Shown: positions 49,079-58,400 of the stretch, piece after piece
Numbering within the stretch: the stretch's first letter is position 1
Layout: each line of letters opens with the position of its first letter
DNA from: Candidatus Omnitrophota bacterium
Lineage (GTDB): Bacteria; Omnitrophota; Gorgyraeia; Zapsychrales; Fredricksoniimonadaceae
Direction: 5' to 3'
Assembly (NCBI GenBank): GCA_013285735.1
Contig: JABDGZ010000006.1
Location: 1-61,499, forward strand
Length of the DNA: 61,499 bases
Position numbers and translations under genes: made by a program
Notes under the pieces: model-generated
The model's database searches: none
What the model saw: the letters and a program-made list of their open reading frames with translations, nothing else
What the model was told of the DNA's origin: nothing

Positions 49079-50922
49079 CGGCTTTTGACCTTTCCAAATC
49101 TTCTATTTTTGCATAAGCAACATCAGCCAATTCTTGGGGGGGGGGCGCTGCGCAGTTCTTTACGCAGCTGCATTTTGCCGTTAGGGTTTTTTTTAATAAT
49201 ATTATTATAAGTAAGGCCTTCTTCACGCTCACCTTGAAAATCAATACGGCTGTGCCCGCCGCGGGATTCTTCACGCGTCAGGGCTGCCATTGTGACAGCC
49301 TCAGCGGTAACGATCAAATTATTCAAATCGATGGCTGCATTCCAACCCGGATTAAATTGAGGGCTTGCGTGGGCCTTGACTTTTTCTATATCTTTTTTGA
49401 TCCGTTCGATCTCAGAAAGAGCTTTTTGCAATTCCGTTCCTAATCGCATGATCCCAACTAATTGCTGCATGACTTTTTGCAGGTCTTCCTGGACGACAAA
49501 TGGATTTAAACCTTCTTCCCTGTTAAGGAAGGCCGTAGCCTGGCGGATAATGGCCGTTGCTTGGGGCGCATCAATTTTCCCTTGCGAAGATTTTTTAATA
49601 TAGTCGGCTGCACCTTCTCCTGCTAATTTCCCAAAGACCAGTAAATCCGATAAAGAATTCCCTCCCAAACGGTTGGCGCCGTGCATGCCGCCGCCGCATT
49701 CCCCGCAAGCAAAAAGTCCAGGGACATTGGTGGCCTGCGTATCTGCATTAACACGGATACCGCCCATAAAGTAATGAAGGGTGGGGCCAACCTCCATCGC
49801 TTCTTTAGTAATATCAACTTCTGCGAGTTCTATAAATTGATGATACATTGACGGCAGTTTCTTTTTAATATAATCAGCCGGGCGTTGAGAAGCGATATCA
49901 AGGAACACGCCGCCGTGAGGAGAACCGCGACCTTCTTCAACTTCCTTTTTGATAGCACGCGCCACAACGTCACGCGTTAACAATTCCGGCGGCCGTCGGG
50001 CGTTTTTATCTCCTTTTAACCACTTAGTAGCCTCTTCAACGGTGTCCGCTGTTTCCGCGGCAAATTTTTCAGGAATGTATTTAAACATGAAGCGTTCGCC
50101 TTTATTATTTAAAAGAAGGCCTCCTTCGCCACGCACGCCTTCGGTAACTAGCGTACCCTTAACCGATGGCGGCCACATCATTCCGGTCGGATGAAACTGG
50201 GTAAATTCCATATCAATGAGCTCAGCACCGGCCCGGTACGCCATACCTAATCCATCACCGGTATATTCCCAGGAATTAGACGTTATTTGCCAGGCCCTCC
50301 CGCCGCCGCCAGTCGCAAAAATGACAGCCTTGGTCCTAAAAATAACAAACCGCCCTGTTTCCCGCCAATACCCGAGCATTCCGGCGACCTTGCCGTCATC
50401 TAAAAGCAAATCAAGCCCTGTGCATTCCATGTGTGTCGCAATGCCTTTATGAATACAAAAATCCTGGAGCGTACGGATGATCTCAAGGCCTGTACGGTCC
50501 CCTACGTGGGCTAAACGCGGATAACGGTGCCCGCCGAAGTTTCTTTGATTAATGAGCCCTTCAGGTGTGCGGTCGAAAACCGCGCCCCATTCTTCTAGTT
50601 CACGCACGCGGTCTGGAGCTTGTTTGGCATGAAGTTCCGCCATGCGCCATTGATTTAAGAATTTTCCGCCGCGCATTGTATCGCGGAAGTGGATTTTCCA
50701 ATTATCACGTTTATCGACATTGCCCATCGCTGCTGCAACGCCACCTTCGGCCATGACCGTATGCGCTTTGCCCAAGAGGGATTTTGAAATCATCCCGGTA
50801 TTTAGCCCAAGCTGTGCACATTCGATGGCGGCCCTGATCCCGGCACCGCCGGCACCAACGACCAATACATCGTGATCAATTGTTTGAATTTCATTGATAT
50901 CCATGAGCGTCAGTGTCTCCAA
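49071..50922 (-). CDS. sdhA: Succinate dehydrogenase/fumarate reductase flavoprotein subunit; the 3' end is frame-shifted at a C10 run as assembled
   Basis: VLVVGAGGAGIRAA, FTQFHPTG and RLGGNSLSDLLVFG motifs. As assembled the ORF stops at 49123 (..SAPPPRIG). The adjacent frame continues QELADVAYAKIEDLERSKADG to a TGA at 49071, which overlaps the sdhB ATG by 8 nt. Confidence 0.9.
49136..49145. repeat. G10/C10 homopolymer inside the sdhA 3' end
   Basis: ttcttGGGGGGGGGGcgctg, read directly from the sequence. Confidence 0.95.
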
Positions 50923-51758
50923 GTGTTAAAATCATGCCAAACTCCCATCGACACCATGCGGACATAAAAGTCTGTAAACCCAACCCAAATCATGCTGACC
51001 CATGCCCAAAACATATGATGTTCGTTTAAGTGCGTAAATCTTTGCCACAAAGTGTACCCCATATGTTCTTTGCCATTAGCACATGAAAAGCAGTCCAATC
51101 TCCCGCCTACTAAATGCCGGAACGCGTGGCAACCAAAAGTATATTGGGACAATAAAAGAACATTAATATACAAAACAAGTGTTCCTACACCAAAACCAAA
51201 TTGTCCGTCCTTGAAAAAAGCCTTAAAAACATCACAAGTCAAAATTAGAATGTAGCCGATAGCGATATAGAGGGCATAACGATGGATGTTTTGAAAAAGT
51301 AAAAGATGTGTTTCGCCTTTATAATCTTTTCGTGGGAAAGCAGTGACCGCGCACGATGGCGGTGTGGCAAAAAAAGACCGGTAATAAAATTTCCGGTAAT
51401 AATAACAAGTTAAGCGAAATGAAAGCGGACCGATCAGGACAAGCATCGCCGGCGATGGTGGTAGAAATTTCGGCCACCAGCTGGGCCACGCCCCAAACCA
51501 GGCATGATCAAGCGGGGCTGAGCCAGCGGCTGTTGGATCAACCATCAGTGTTGGTGAATAAAGGGGTGACAAATAGGGTGCTGCGTAATAATGGCTGGCT
51601 TGGAACATCGCCCAGGTTGTATAAACAACAAAACATAAAAAACCAAAACCTGTGGCCAATGGTTCAATCCACCAAAGATCCGTGCGGTTGGTTGAAGCAA
51701 ATTTGGTTGAATGTGCTTGGGATTGTGTTTGTTTCGTCATTTTTTCATTATATCTCAT
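50910..51758 (-). CDS. sdhC: Succinate dehydrogenase/fumarate reductase membrane (cytochrome b) subunit, single large anchor
   Basis: About 280 aa, 5-6 TM with conserved His. It lies immediately upstream of, and overlaps, sdhA. The listed start is TTG; the first ATG is at 51758. Confidence 0.7.
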   Translation of the reverse strand: MRYNEKMTKQTQSQAHSTKFASTNRTDLWWIEPLATGFGFLCFVVYTTWAMFQASHYYAAPYLSPLYSPTLMVDPTAAGSAPLDHAWFGAWPSWWPKFLPPSPAMLVLIGPLSFRLTCYYYRKFYYRSFFATPPSCAVTAFPRKDYKGETHLLLFQNIHRYALYIAIGYILILTCDVFKAFFKDGQFGFGVGTLVLYINVLLLSQYTFGCHAFRHLVGGRLDCFSCANGKEHMGYTLWQRFTHLNEHHMFWAWVSMIWVGFTDFYVRMVSMGVWHDFNTWRH

Positions 51759-51765
51759 AATCAAA

Positions 51766-51807
51766 GGTACACAATACTTAATTCATTTAGATTTAAGTAT
51801 TGTTACC
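51766..51807 (-). other. 15-16 bp hairpin between the methyltransferase gene and sdhC
   Basis: GGTACACAATACTTAA pairs with TTAAGTATTGTTACC (one bulge, 11-nt loop). The U tract downstream on the minus strand is weak. Confidence 0.45.
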
Positions 51808-51814
51808 TTATTTT

Positions 51815-52519
51815 CTATTTTTCAGCAATCATGATCAATGACTGACCCAATGGTGGATTTCCCAGAGATTCTAAGGCCCTCAGGGTGGGAACTATTTTGT
51901 CTAACAAATGGCAAGCTTCTTTATGAAATTCCTTTTGTTTTAGTATCCGACCAGCCAGAAACCATGTCAATATACCAAACATATTCATATAATAACTGTC
52001 CTTGACAATAAAACCTGCCTTCTGCACAACAGTGCCCAATGTTTTTTTGGTATATCGGCGGTGATGGTCAACAAGCCTGTCTAAAGTACCGTAAATATTC
52101 TGCAAGGCAGGAACAAAAATAACTACCCTCCCTCCTTTTTTTAAAAAATGTTTCATGTGTTTTAACGCAGTGATGTCCTGTTCTATATGCTCTAAAACAT
52201 TAACACAGGTAATGGTATCTGCAATACCGCTGGAGTGACGCTTGAGAAGATCTGTATCCGTAATGTCCAATGGAAGCACGCTATATTTTTTCAAAGAAAA
52301 ATTCCTCTCCCTAAGAGCTTTTAACATCAACGGATCGTAATCTGAAAAGATAACCTCATCAATACATGGTTCTTTAAACTGTTGGGCAATGTCCCCCAGT
52401 CCGCTTCCAATATCCAAAACAGTCCCTTGCAAATGCCGTCTGATACGGCTGTAAAGCCACGCATTATACCTGGAAGACCCGCGAATAACGCTTAATGTTT
52501 TAAACATATCAGAAGACAT
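51815..52519 (-). CDS. Class I SAM-dependent methyltransferase
   Basis: VLDIGSGLGD motif I. Confidence 0.8.
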   Translation of the reverse strand: MSSDMFKTLSVIRGSSRYNAWLYSRIRRHLQGTVLDIGSGLGDIAQQFKEPCIDEVIFSDYDPLMLKALRERNFSLKKYSVLPLDITDTDLLKRHSSGIADTITCVNVLEHIEQDITALKHMKHFLKKGGRVVIFVPALQNIYGTLDRLVDHHRRYTKKTLGTVVQKAGFIVKDSYYMNMFGILTWFLAGRILKQKEFHKEACHLLDKIVPTLRALESLGNPPLGQSLIMIAEK

Positions 52520-54076
52520 TTATGAATCACCTTTAGAAAGTACGGCTGGTTTTACAGAATGCCCCGGGAAACATTTTTGTATAAGCAAAGACCTTATCTC
52601 TGGAGTTTCAAATTGCGGGAATATTTCTTTTTGTATTAATAAAGGCGACAAGATTTTCCTTTCGTACAGTGAACCAAGAATACCATCTTGATAAGTATAT
52701 GCTGACATCCAAAACATTAAACAAATAATAATTGTAGGAATAGGTTTTGGCCAATTACGGCACGATTCCATGCACTGCCAAAAGTAAGTTAAGCACCAAG
52801 CGAGTATAAAAATATTATAACCCACCGCAAATCGCGCATCAATGCTGCCTGGAAAAAAATAGTAAAAAAGAAAAATGACGATAAAGATGGCAATCCGGGG
52901 ATCTTTCCACAATTCTTTTTTAAATATATTTTTATGTTGAAAGGCCCATAGAACAAAGATAGGTATAACAAAATAGGAAAAAACCAGCCCATTGCCTCTA
53001 TAAAAGGGAGCCGGCGAGATAATATGATCTTGTTTATAGTCAGAAAGCCAGCTCAATAGGATATAGAATGGTTTAAAATTAAAGGCATGGTCCCTAACCC
53101 AGGAGTGGAATGGAAGAGGCGCGTAGTATTCTTTATATTGGTAGTTGGAGTTTGATAAACCAACGGTGTTATTGATGTAGGGATAAAAAATATTTCCTGT
53201 TCTTATTTGTGCCTGAATTTGATGATAAATTAGATAGGCCAAAGAGGGCAAGAAAATTAAGGATAGACCTGCTTTTTCGCGAGGATTAAGATACCGGAAA
53301 CCTAAAATAAAAGCCACGGTCAACCCAAGGATTGCGACGCAAATGCCAGTAGGTTTTGATATTAGGCACAGCCCCGAAAGAAAGACTAATCCTGCTAAAT
53401 TAATAAACTGCCGTTCGTAAGGTGGCGTTAAGTAGCTATAGCATAGGAGCAAGATGATCCCAATGAACATGCCTACCGTGCTATCGATAAAAGGGGACCC
53501 TTGTTGGCACCAAAGGATTTTTAGGGTTAACACAACAACTGTTGCCAGCGGACCTGCGAATGCCGTGACGTTTTGTTTTTGAAAGAACCATACGAGTTGC
53601 TGCCACACAAGAACTATCGGAAGGGCTTGTAAGAGGATGATGACAAAATCCCATTGTGTCCATCGCCAAAAGATCCCCCAAATACTTTCAACAATATCTG
53701 AAACGTAGATGACGACTGATGAGCTAGACTGAAATTGGATGGCAAAATTATTTTTGATGCTAAAAGCCACTGTCTTCATCAAGTGGTACTGGTCACCGAC
53801 TGAGCCAAATTCAATGGCAGATAAACGAAACAGAGAAAGAGTTATGCAAGCCACCAAAATGGCAAAAGCCACAGAATAATTCAGGGTTTCAGTAGCACAG
53901 GTTGAGACGATCTGAATAACTAATAAAATAAAAGCAGGAACCAATAAAAAAAGCAGGCTGTCAAGACAGTTCAAACCGCCAAGCACATAGCTGAATTCAA
54001 CAGCAGTGATCGCAATAAATGAAAGCAAAAGGGCCCAGTAGCCTGAATATTTTAAATAAATAGTGTCGTTTCTCAC
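52520..54076 (-). CDS. Large polytopic membrane protein (uncharacterised, GT-C-like architecture)
   Basis: 518 aa with at least 12 hydrophobic helices. GTG start; the stop abuts the methyltransferase ATG (TAAATG). Confidence 0.55.
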   Translation of the reverse strand: MRNDTIYLKYSGYWALLLSFIAITAVEFSYVLGGLNCLDSLLFLLVPAFILLVIQIVSTCATETLNYSVAFAILVACITLSLFRLSAIEFGSVGDQYHLMKTVAFSIKNNFAIQFQSSSSVVIYVSDIVESIWGIFWRWTQWDFVIILLQALPIVLVWQQLVWFFQKQNVTAFAGPLATVVVLTLKILWCQQGSPFIDSTVGMFIGIILLLCYSYLTPPYERQFINLAGLVFLSGLCLISKPTGICVAILGLTVAFILGFRYLNPREKAGLSLIFLPSLAYLIYHQIQAQIRTGNIFYPYINNTVGLSNSNYQYKEYYAPLPFHSWVRDHAFNFKPFYILLSWLSDYKQDHIISPAPFYRGNGLVFSYFVIPIFVLWAFQHKNIFKKELWKDPRIAIFIVIFLFYYFFPGSIDARFAVGYNIFILAWCLTYFWQCMESCRNWPKPIPTIIICLMFWMSAYTYQDGILGSLYERKILSPLLIQKEIFPQFETPEIRSLLIQKCFPGHSVKPAVLSKGDS

Positions 54077-54126
54077 ATCAGGTCTGCCTTTTAATTCATC
54101 AAAAAATTCGATGTCCCTTTAATTAT

Positions 54127-54648
54127 CTAAAATGGTAGTTTTTGGTAGGTGCCGACTAATTCGGTTTTTGCGATGGTGTGAGATCGGACGGCTTTTTCAA
54201 CTTCAGCAAGAGTGGGATCTTCATTGATATATAAAATGTCATTAAGAGCAAAAGCCCGGAATATGTAATGATGAGGTTTTTCATCTGCCGGGCATGGGCC
54301 AGCATAGGTATATTTTCCAAAATCACTTAAGCCTTCTGTACCGGGGTTGGTGTTTTCAATAATTTCCTGGGTATTGGGAGAGATATTATAAACGACCCAG
54401 TGAGACCATATCCCTTCCGGGGCATCAGGATCAGAAACAGTCAGGGCCAGGCTGCGAGTTTTGGCAGGGACATTTTTAAATATTAAAGTCGGATTAATGT
54501 CTCCCCCATCGCAGGTGTATTTCTTGGGGATGGCAGCGCCATTGTCAAAAGCAGTAGAACTTAACTGGAAATCATTTGGACCTGAATCTGCCCAAGTCAG
54601 CAACGGAAAAATTAAAAATCCCGCAAGAATGACAATAAGGGTTTTCAT
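54127..54648 (-). CDS. YbhB/YbcL-family PEBP (Raf kinase inhibitor-like) protein, secreted
   Basis: SDPDAPEGIWSHWVVYNI and HHYIFRAFAL motifs, plus a signal peptide. Confidence 0.88.
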   Translation of the reverse strand: MKTLIVILAGFLIFPLLTWADSGPNDFQLSSTAFDNGAAIPKKYTCDGGDINPTLIFKNVPAKTRSLALTVSDPDAPEGIWSHWVVYNISPNTQEIIENTNPGTEGLSDFGKYTYAGPCPADEKPHHYIFRAFALNDILYINEDPTLAEVEKAVRSHTIAKTELVGTYQKLPF

Positions 54649-55397
54649 GAATTTAATTTTCCTTTAAGCGCATCCATCAGTTCATTAAAGAACACGTCAA
54701 TATCACGTTCAACTTCTAAGGCAATATTATACATATTTAATTCTATTTTTGAATGGTTGACTATAACTATTTTTCCTGGTACAAATTGTGGCAAAGAAGC
54801 TGCAGGATACACGACACAGGAAGTCCCGATAATAAAAAATAGATCCGCGCTTTGCGCTAGTTCCAATGCCTGGTGGTAATATTTGACATCTTCACCAAAA
54901 AATACAATGTCCGGCTTGATAATCCCCCGGCATGAGCAATGCGGTATCACATGCTGTAATACCATCGATCTTAGTTCGTCATAATTAAAAGTTTTACGGC
55001 ATCGAAGACAATGACTGGATAAAAAACTACCGTGCATATCCAATACTTTTTGTGATCCTGCTTTTTGATGCAAGCCATCAATGTTTTGAGTGATCACTGC
55101 TTTGATTTTGCCGGCCCCCTCAAGGGCAGCTAAAGCGTTGTGAGCAGCAGTGGGTTTAATGGTGGATTCCAAAGCAATAAAATCATGGGCAAATTCATAA
55201 AAGGGCTTTGGGTCTTTTAGAAAATAGGAAATATCAAAAACTTTTTCAGCATCATACAAACGGCTGGTGTACAGGCCCTGGGGCCCTCGAAAATCCGGAA
55301 TGCCTGCATTGGTCGAAATACCTGCACCGGTTAAAACAATTATATTTTTAGATTGGCGAATCAGTTCAACGCATCGCGGGATAGGATCAGTAGACAT
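54645..55397 (-). CDS. cobB: NAD-dependent protein deacylase (sirtuin)
   Basis: GAGISTNAGIPDFRG and QNIDGLH motifs, plus zinc Cys pairs CLRC...CSC. Confidence 0.92.
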   Translation of the reverse strand: MSTDPIPRCVELIRQSKNIIVLTGAGISTNAGIPDFRGPQGLYTSRLYDAEKVFDISYFLKDPKPFYEFAHDFIALESTIKPTAAHNALAALEGAGKIKAVITQNIDGLHQKAGSQKVLDMHGSFLSSHCLRCRKTFNYDELRSMVLQHVIPHCSCRGIIKPDIVFFGEDVKYYHQALELAQSADLFFIIGTSCVVYPAASLPQFVPGKIVIVNHSKIELNMYNIALEVERDIDVFFNELMDALKGKLNS

Positions 55398-55446
55398 TTT
55401 GTATAGGAAATCTTACATCTTTACTGGAAAATTATCAAGCTAAAGT

Positions 55447-58400
55447 CTAGCCCGCTAAGGACATGCCTAAAATGGACAAGGGGCTTTGGAGGGCTTGGAT
55501 TCTGATGATTATCCCTTCAATGCCAGTAAAATCACCTTTGCGGAGTCGGGCAATTATGGCAGGATTGAATTTCATTTGAATGTCACTGCCAGTGACTTCC
55601 AAACTCATCTTTTTAGCATTAAAGTCGATACCACCAGGGGAAAGTGTAGAGCCTGCTACAGGATGATTTAAACCAAGCCATATTCTACGGATAGTCGGGT
55701 TCCATCCAGTACTACTTAAACCTATTGCTAAAAAAGCACTCAAAGCAACGAGTAATTTTTGATGATTTTGTTGTCTTTGACGTATCAATGCTTCATCTGA
55801 TTTGACTGCCATAGCTACATCAGGAGGCACCGCTTTACCAATAGCATAGGGCAAGAATTTAGATCCTGAGGTGGTTAAGGGGGCATCATTAGTCCATACA
55901 TCTGTGTACCATCTGCCTGTTTCAAAATACATGTAATAGTCCCCTTCTTGAATAGGATGATGTTCATCAAGCTTTGATGTCAGTTGACCTAATTCTTGCA
56001 ATAGTTCGTTTTGTCTCTCTAATGCCAAATGTGGTAAAGAATTGATCTTTCCTTCAACTGCGTTTGGAAGAAGTCTAAGGGCATCTTGCGATAACACAAC
56101 AAAGGCTTGTATTGCAGAAGATCTTAAAAAACGTTTAATTTTTTCATTTAATGGTCCTTCGATAGGTGTAACATCTCCTTTCCTATTTAAGTATGCTTGC
56201 AGCCCTTCTAAATTTTCATTAACAGCAGCAGGAAAGTTTGCAGCATGTTCTTTAATTGCGTCTAACTTTCTTTGCATTTCTTCCCAACTTTGCTCTTCTT
56301 CTAAACTAAGAACATATTTAATCCACGCACCTGTAACTTGAGGACTTATCGTTTTTACAAGTTCATCACCCTTTGTTGTAGCTAAGTCTTGGGGCTCAAC
56401 AGCAGCGGCCTCGAGGGGATTAGCAACAAGCGGTACTTCAAAAGAATGCTCGGTAACGCGCACTTGGGCAATAACTCGAAGGTCACCTTTTAATGCTGTG
56501 CTAAATGGAACCCCATGAGCACTCATTGGCTCACCATTAATGATTGATCCGAGTTCCCAGGGGTGAATTTCTCCGCCAGGGTCGCTGTAAATATAAGTCT
56601 CTCCTGGCAATGGAAGAGTTACTTTTGGTAAGGTTTCTTTTATTTTTCTTAATTTGAGTAATGCTGAACGCTCCCTAGATAAAGCCCACTCCATTAAACT
56701 TTTATTTTCATTTCCTTCAACAACCCCTGAAAGAATCCAGGAACGAGCTTTTACTGATAATTCAACAAAAAAGCTATTGTTAATGGCCATCAAATGCTTC
56801 CCTGCGGGTGACTCCCATCCTCCCACAGGCCACGTACGGGCTTGACTTTTCATATCAATAAGCCACTGTAATTTTCTTAAATTATTTTTTACTTCATCAG
56901 GAGCATCATTCACGTATCTATTAAGTAAATCCAATTGGCGTTGCATTTCTTGCAAAGTCCTATCTTGTTTAGACCAATTTTGTCCCCATATATCTGCGAC
57001 AGTAGGGTTTGCATTGTCTTCGGCGATAACGATAGCTTTTTTTCCCAACAGCATAGTTTGGATGCTTTCATTATCGACTAGATAAGCAAATAGTTTCCAT
57101 TCATTGTCATCAAAATAGGCAACTAAACGACCTGATACAATATCCCCTCTCGTTGCAGTATTCAATTTTCCTGAACCCAAACGATTGTCAGAATTTTCCT
57201 TAGATTGTTCCAATACCACATTCGCCTGTGCAAATAAAGGATCGTCTTCTGCTTCTTGAAATTTAAATCTTAAATTTGTTCTTCCTTCCAAAATAACTTT
57301 TCTAAACATTGCTGTTCTTCTAACAAATTCTACAACCGCTTTTGCCCTTAAGTATTTTTCAAAGCGATTACGGCTATCATATTCAGCTAGCCAATACCCA
57401 CCATGATCAAAGGATTCTTCAATGTTTGGTGAATTAGGGATAGTTAATCCCATCACGCGTAAATAATTTAGTATTAGCCTCCATTGAGCTTGCATTTCTT
57501 GATAAGAGGGAATACTGTTAACCCAATCTTCATCGTATATTGCGGATGCTCTAACAACACGTCCTAATAATTCATTAACCGCCAAAGTACTATCGTTAAT
57601 ATTAAGAGCTGATTGGGATATTTCTTGAGTTAGAAGAAAAACCATGTAATCAAATCGTAAAGCAGCATATCTTTCATCACCACCTAGGTCTTGTAATTCA
57701 CCAACGAGTTTAGGGCTTAAACCATCTGCTACTAATCCCAGCAAATATCGCCCACCTTCTGATTTGGCAACTACTGTATATGATTTACCATTTAAATCAG
57801 TAATCGAACGGCTTTCTTTCCAATACGGCTCTCTATCTATCGTAACTGTAGCCCTAAGTTCTGCTCTTTTTTCCCGGACAAATGCCGCTCTGATACCTTC
57901 TTGTGCTGCTCTAGCACCTTCTTGTCTGTGTTCTTCGGTACGTTCTTGCCGTCTCTGTGCTGTAACTTCCAAAGCACCCCTAACAAATAAATTTCTGTTT
58001 TGAGCCAAAAATTCTTCGGGATTTTCTGGTAACACTAAAACATTTCTTTCAACAGCATCCAATATTTCCTGTAAAGACTTCAGTGGAACACTATAGGGGT
58101 CATTTCCTATATTGTTACCGGTATAAATAATCTCTGCAATAAAACCTGAGCCTTTTTTATTTTGAGAAAAATTCCAAATTGTTTTGCCACCAACCACGTT
58201 AATTTTTAATATCCATCCTCCTTGCCGTACACTCACAGTTTTTCTTACTACGATTTGGTTACTAAACATGGGAGTGGCAGTTTGCCTTGCAAGTATTTCA
58301 GCTGATGGTAAGGGGATTTCCTGAAATTTTTCAACTTGTGTATTTTTATTGGGTTTTACAGCTTGTCTATAGCGAAAAGTATCATCCAGCATATTATCCA

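Noticed and set aside
54645-55397. The Sir2-domain gene next to the giant gene was considered as a defence module (Thoeris/DSR-like).
   Set aside because: It is a 250-aa canonical sirtuin with the GAGIS..GIPDFRG and QNIDGLH motifs and a zinc ribbon. It has no extra sensor or effector domain and no partner typical of defence systems.
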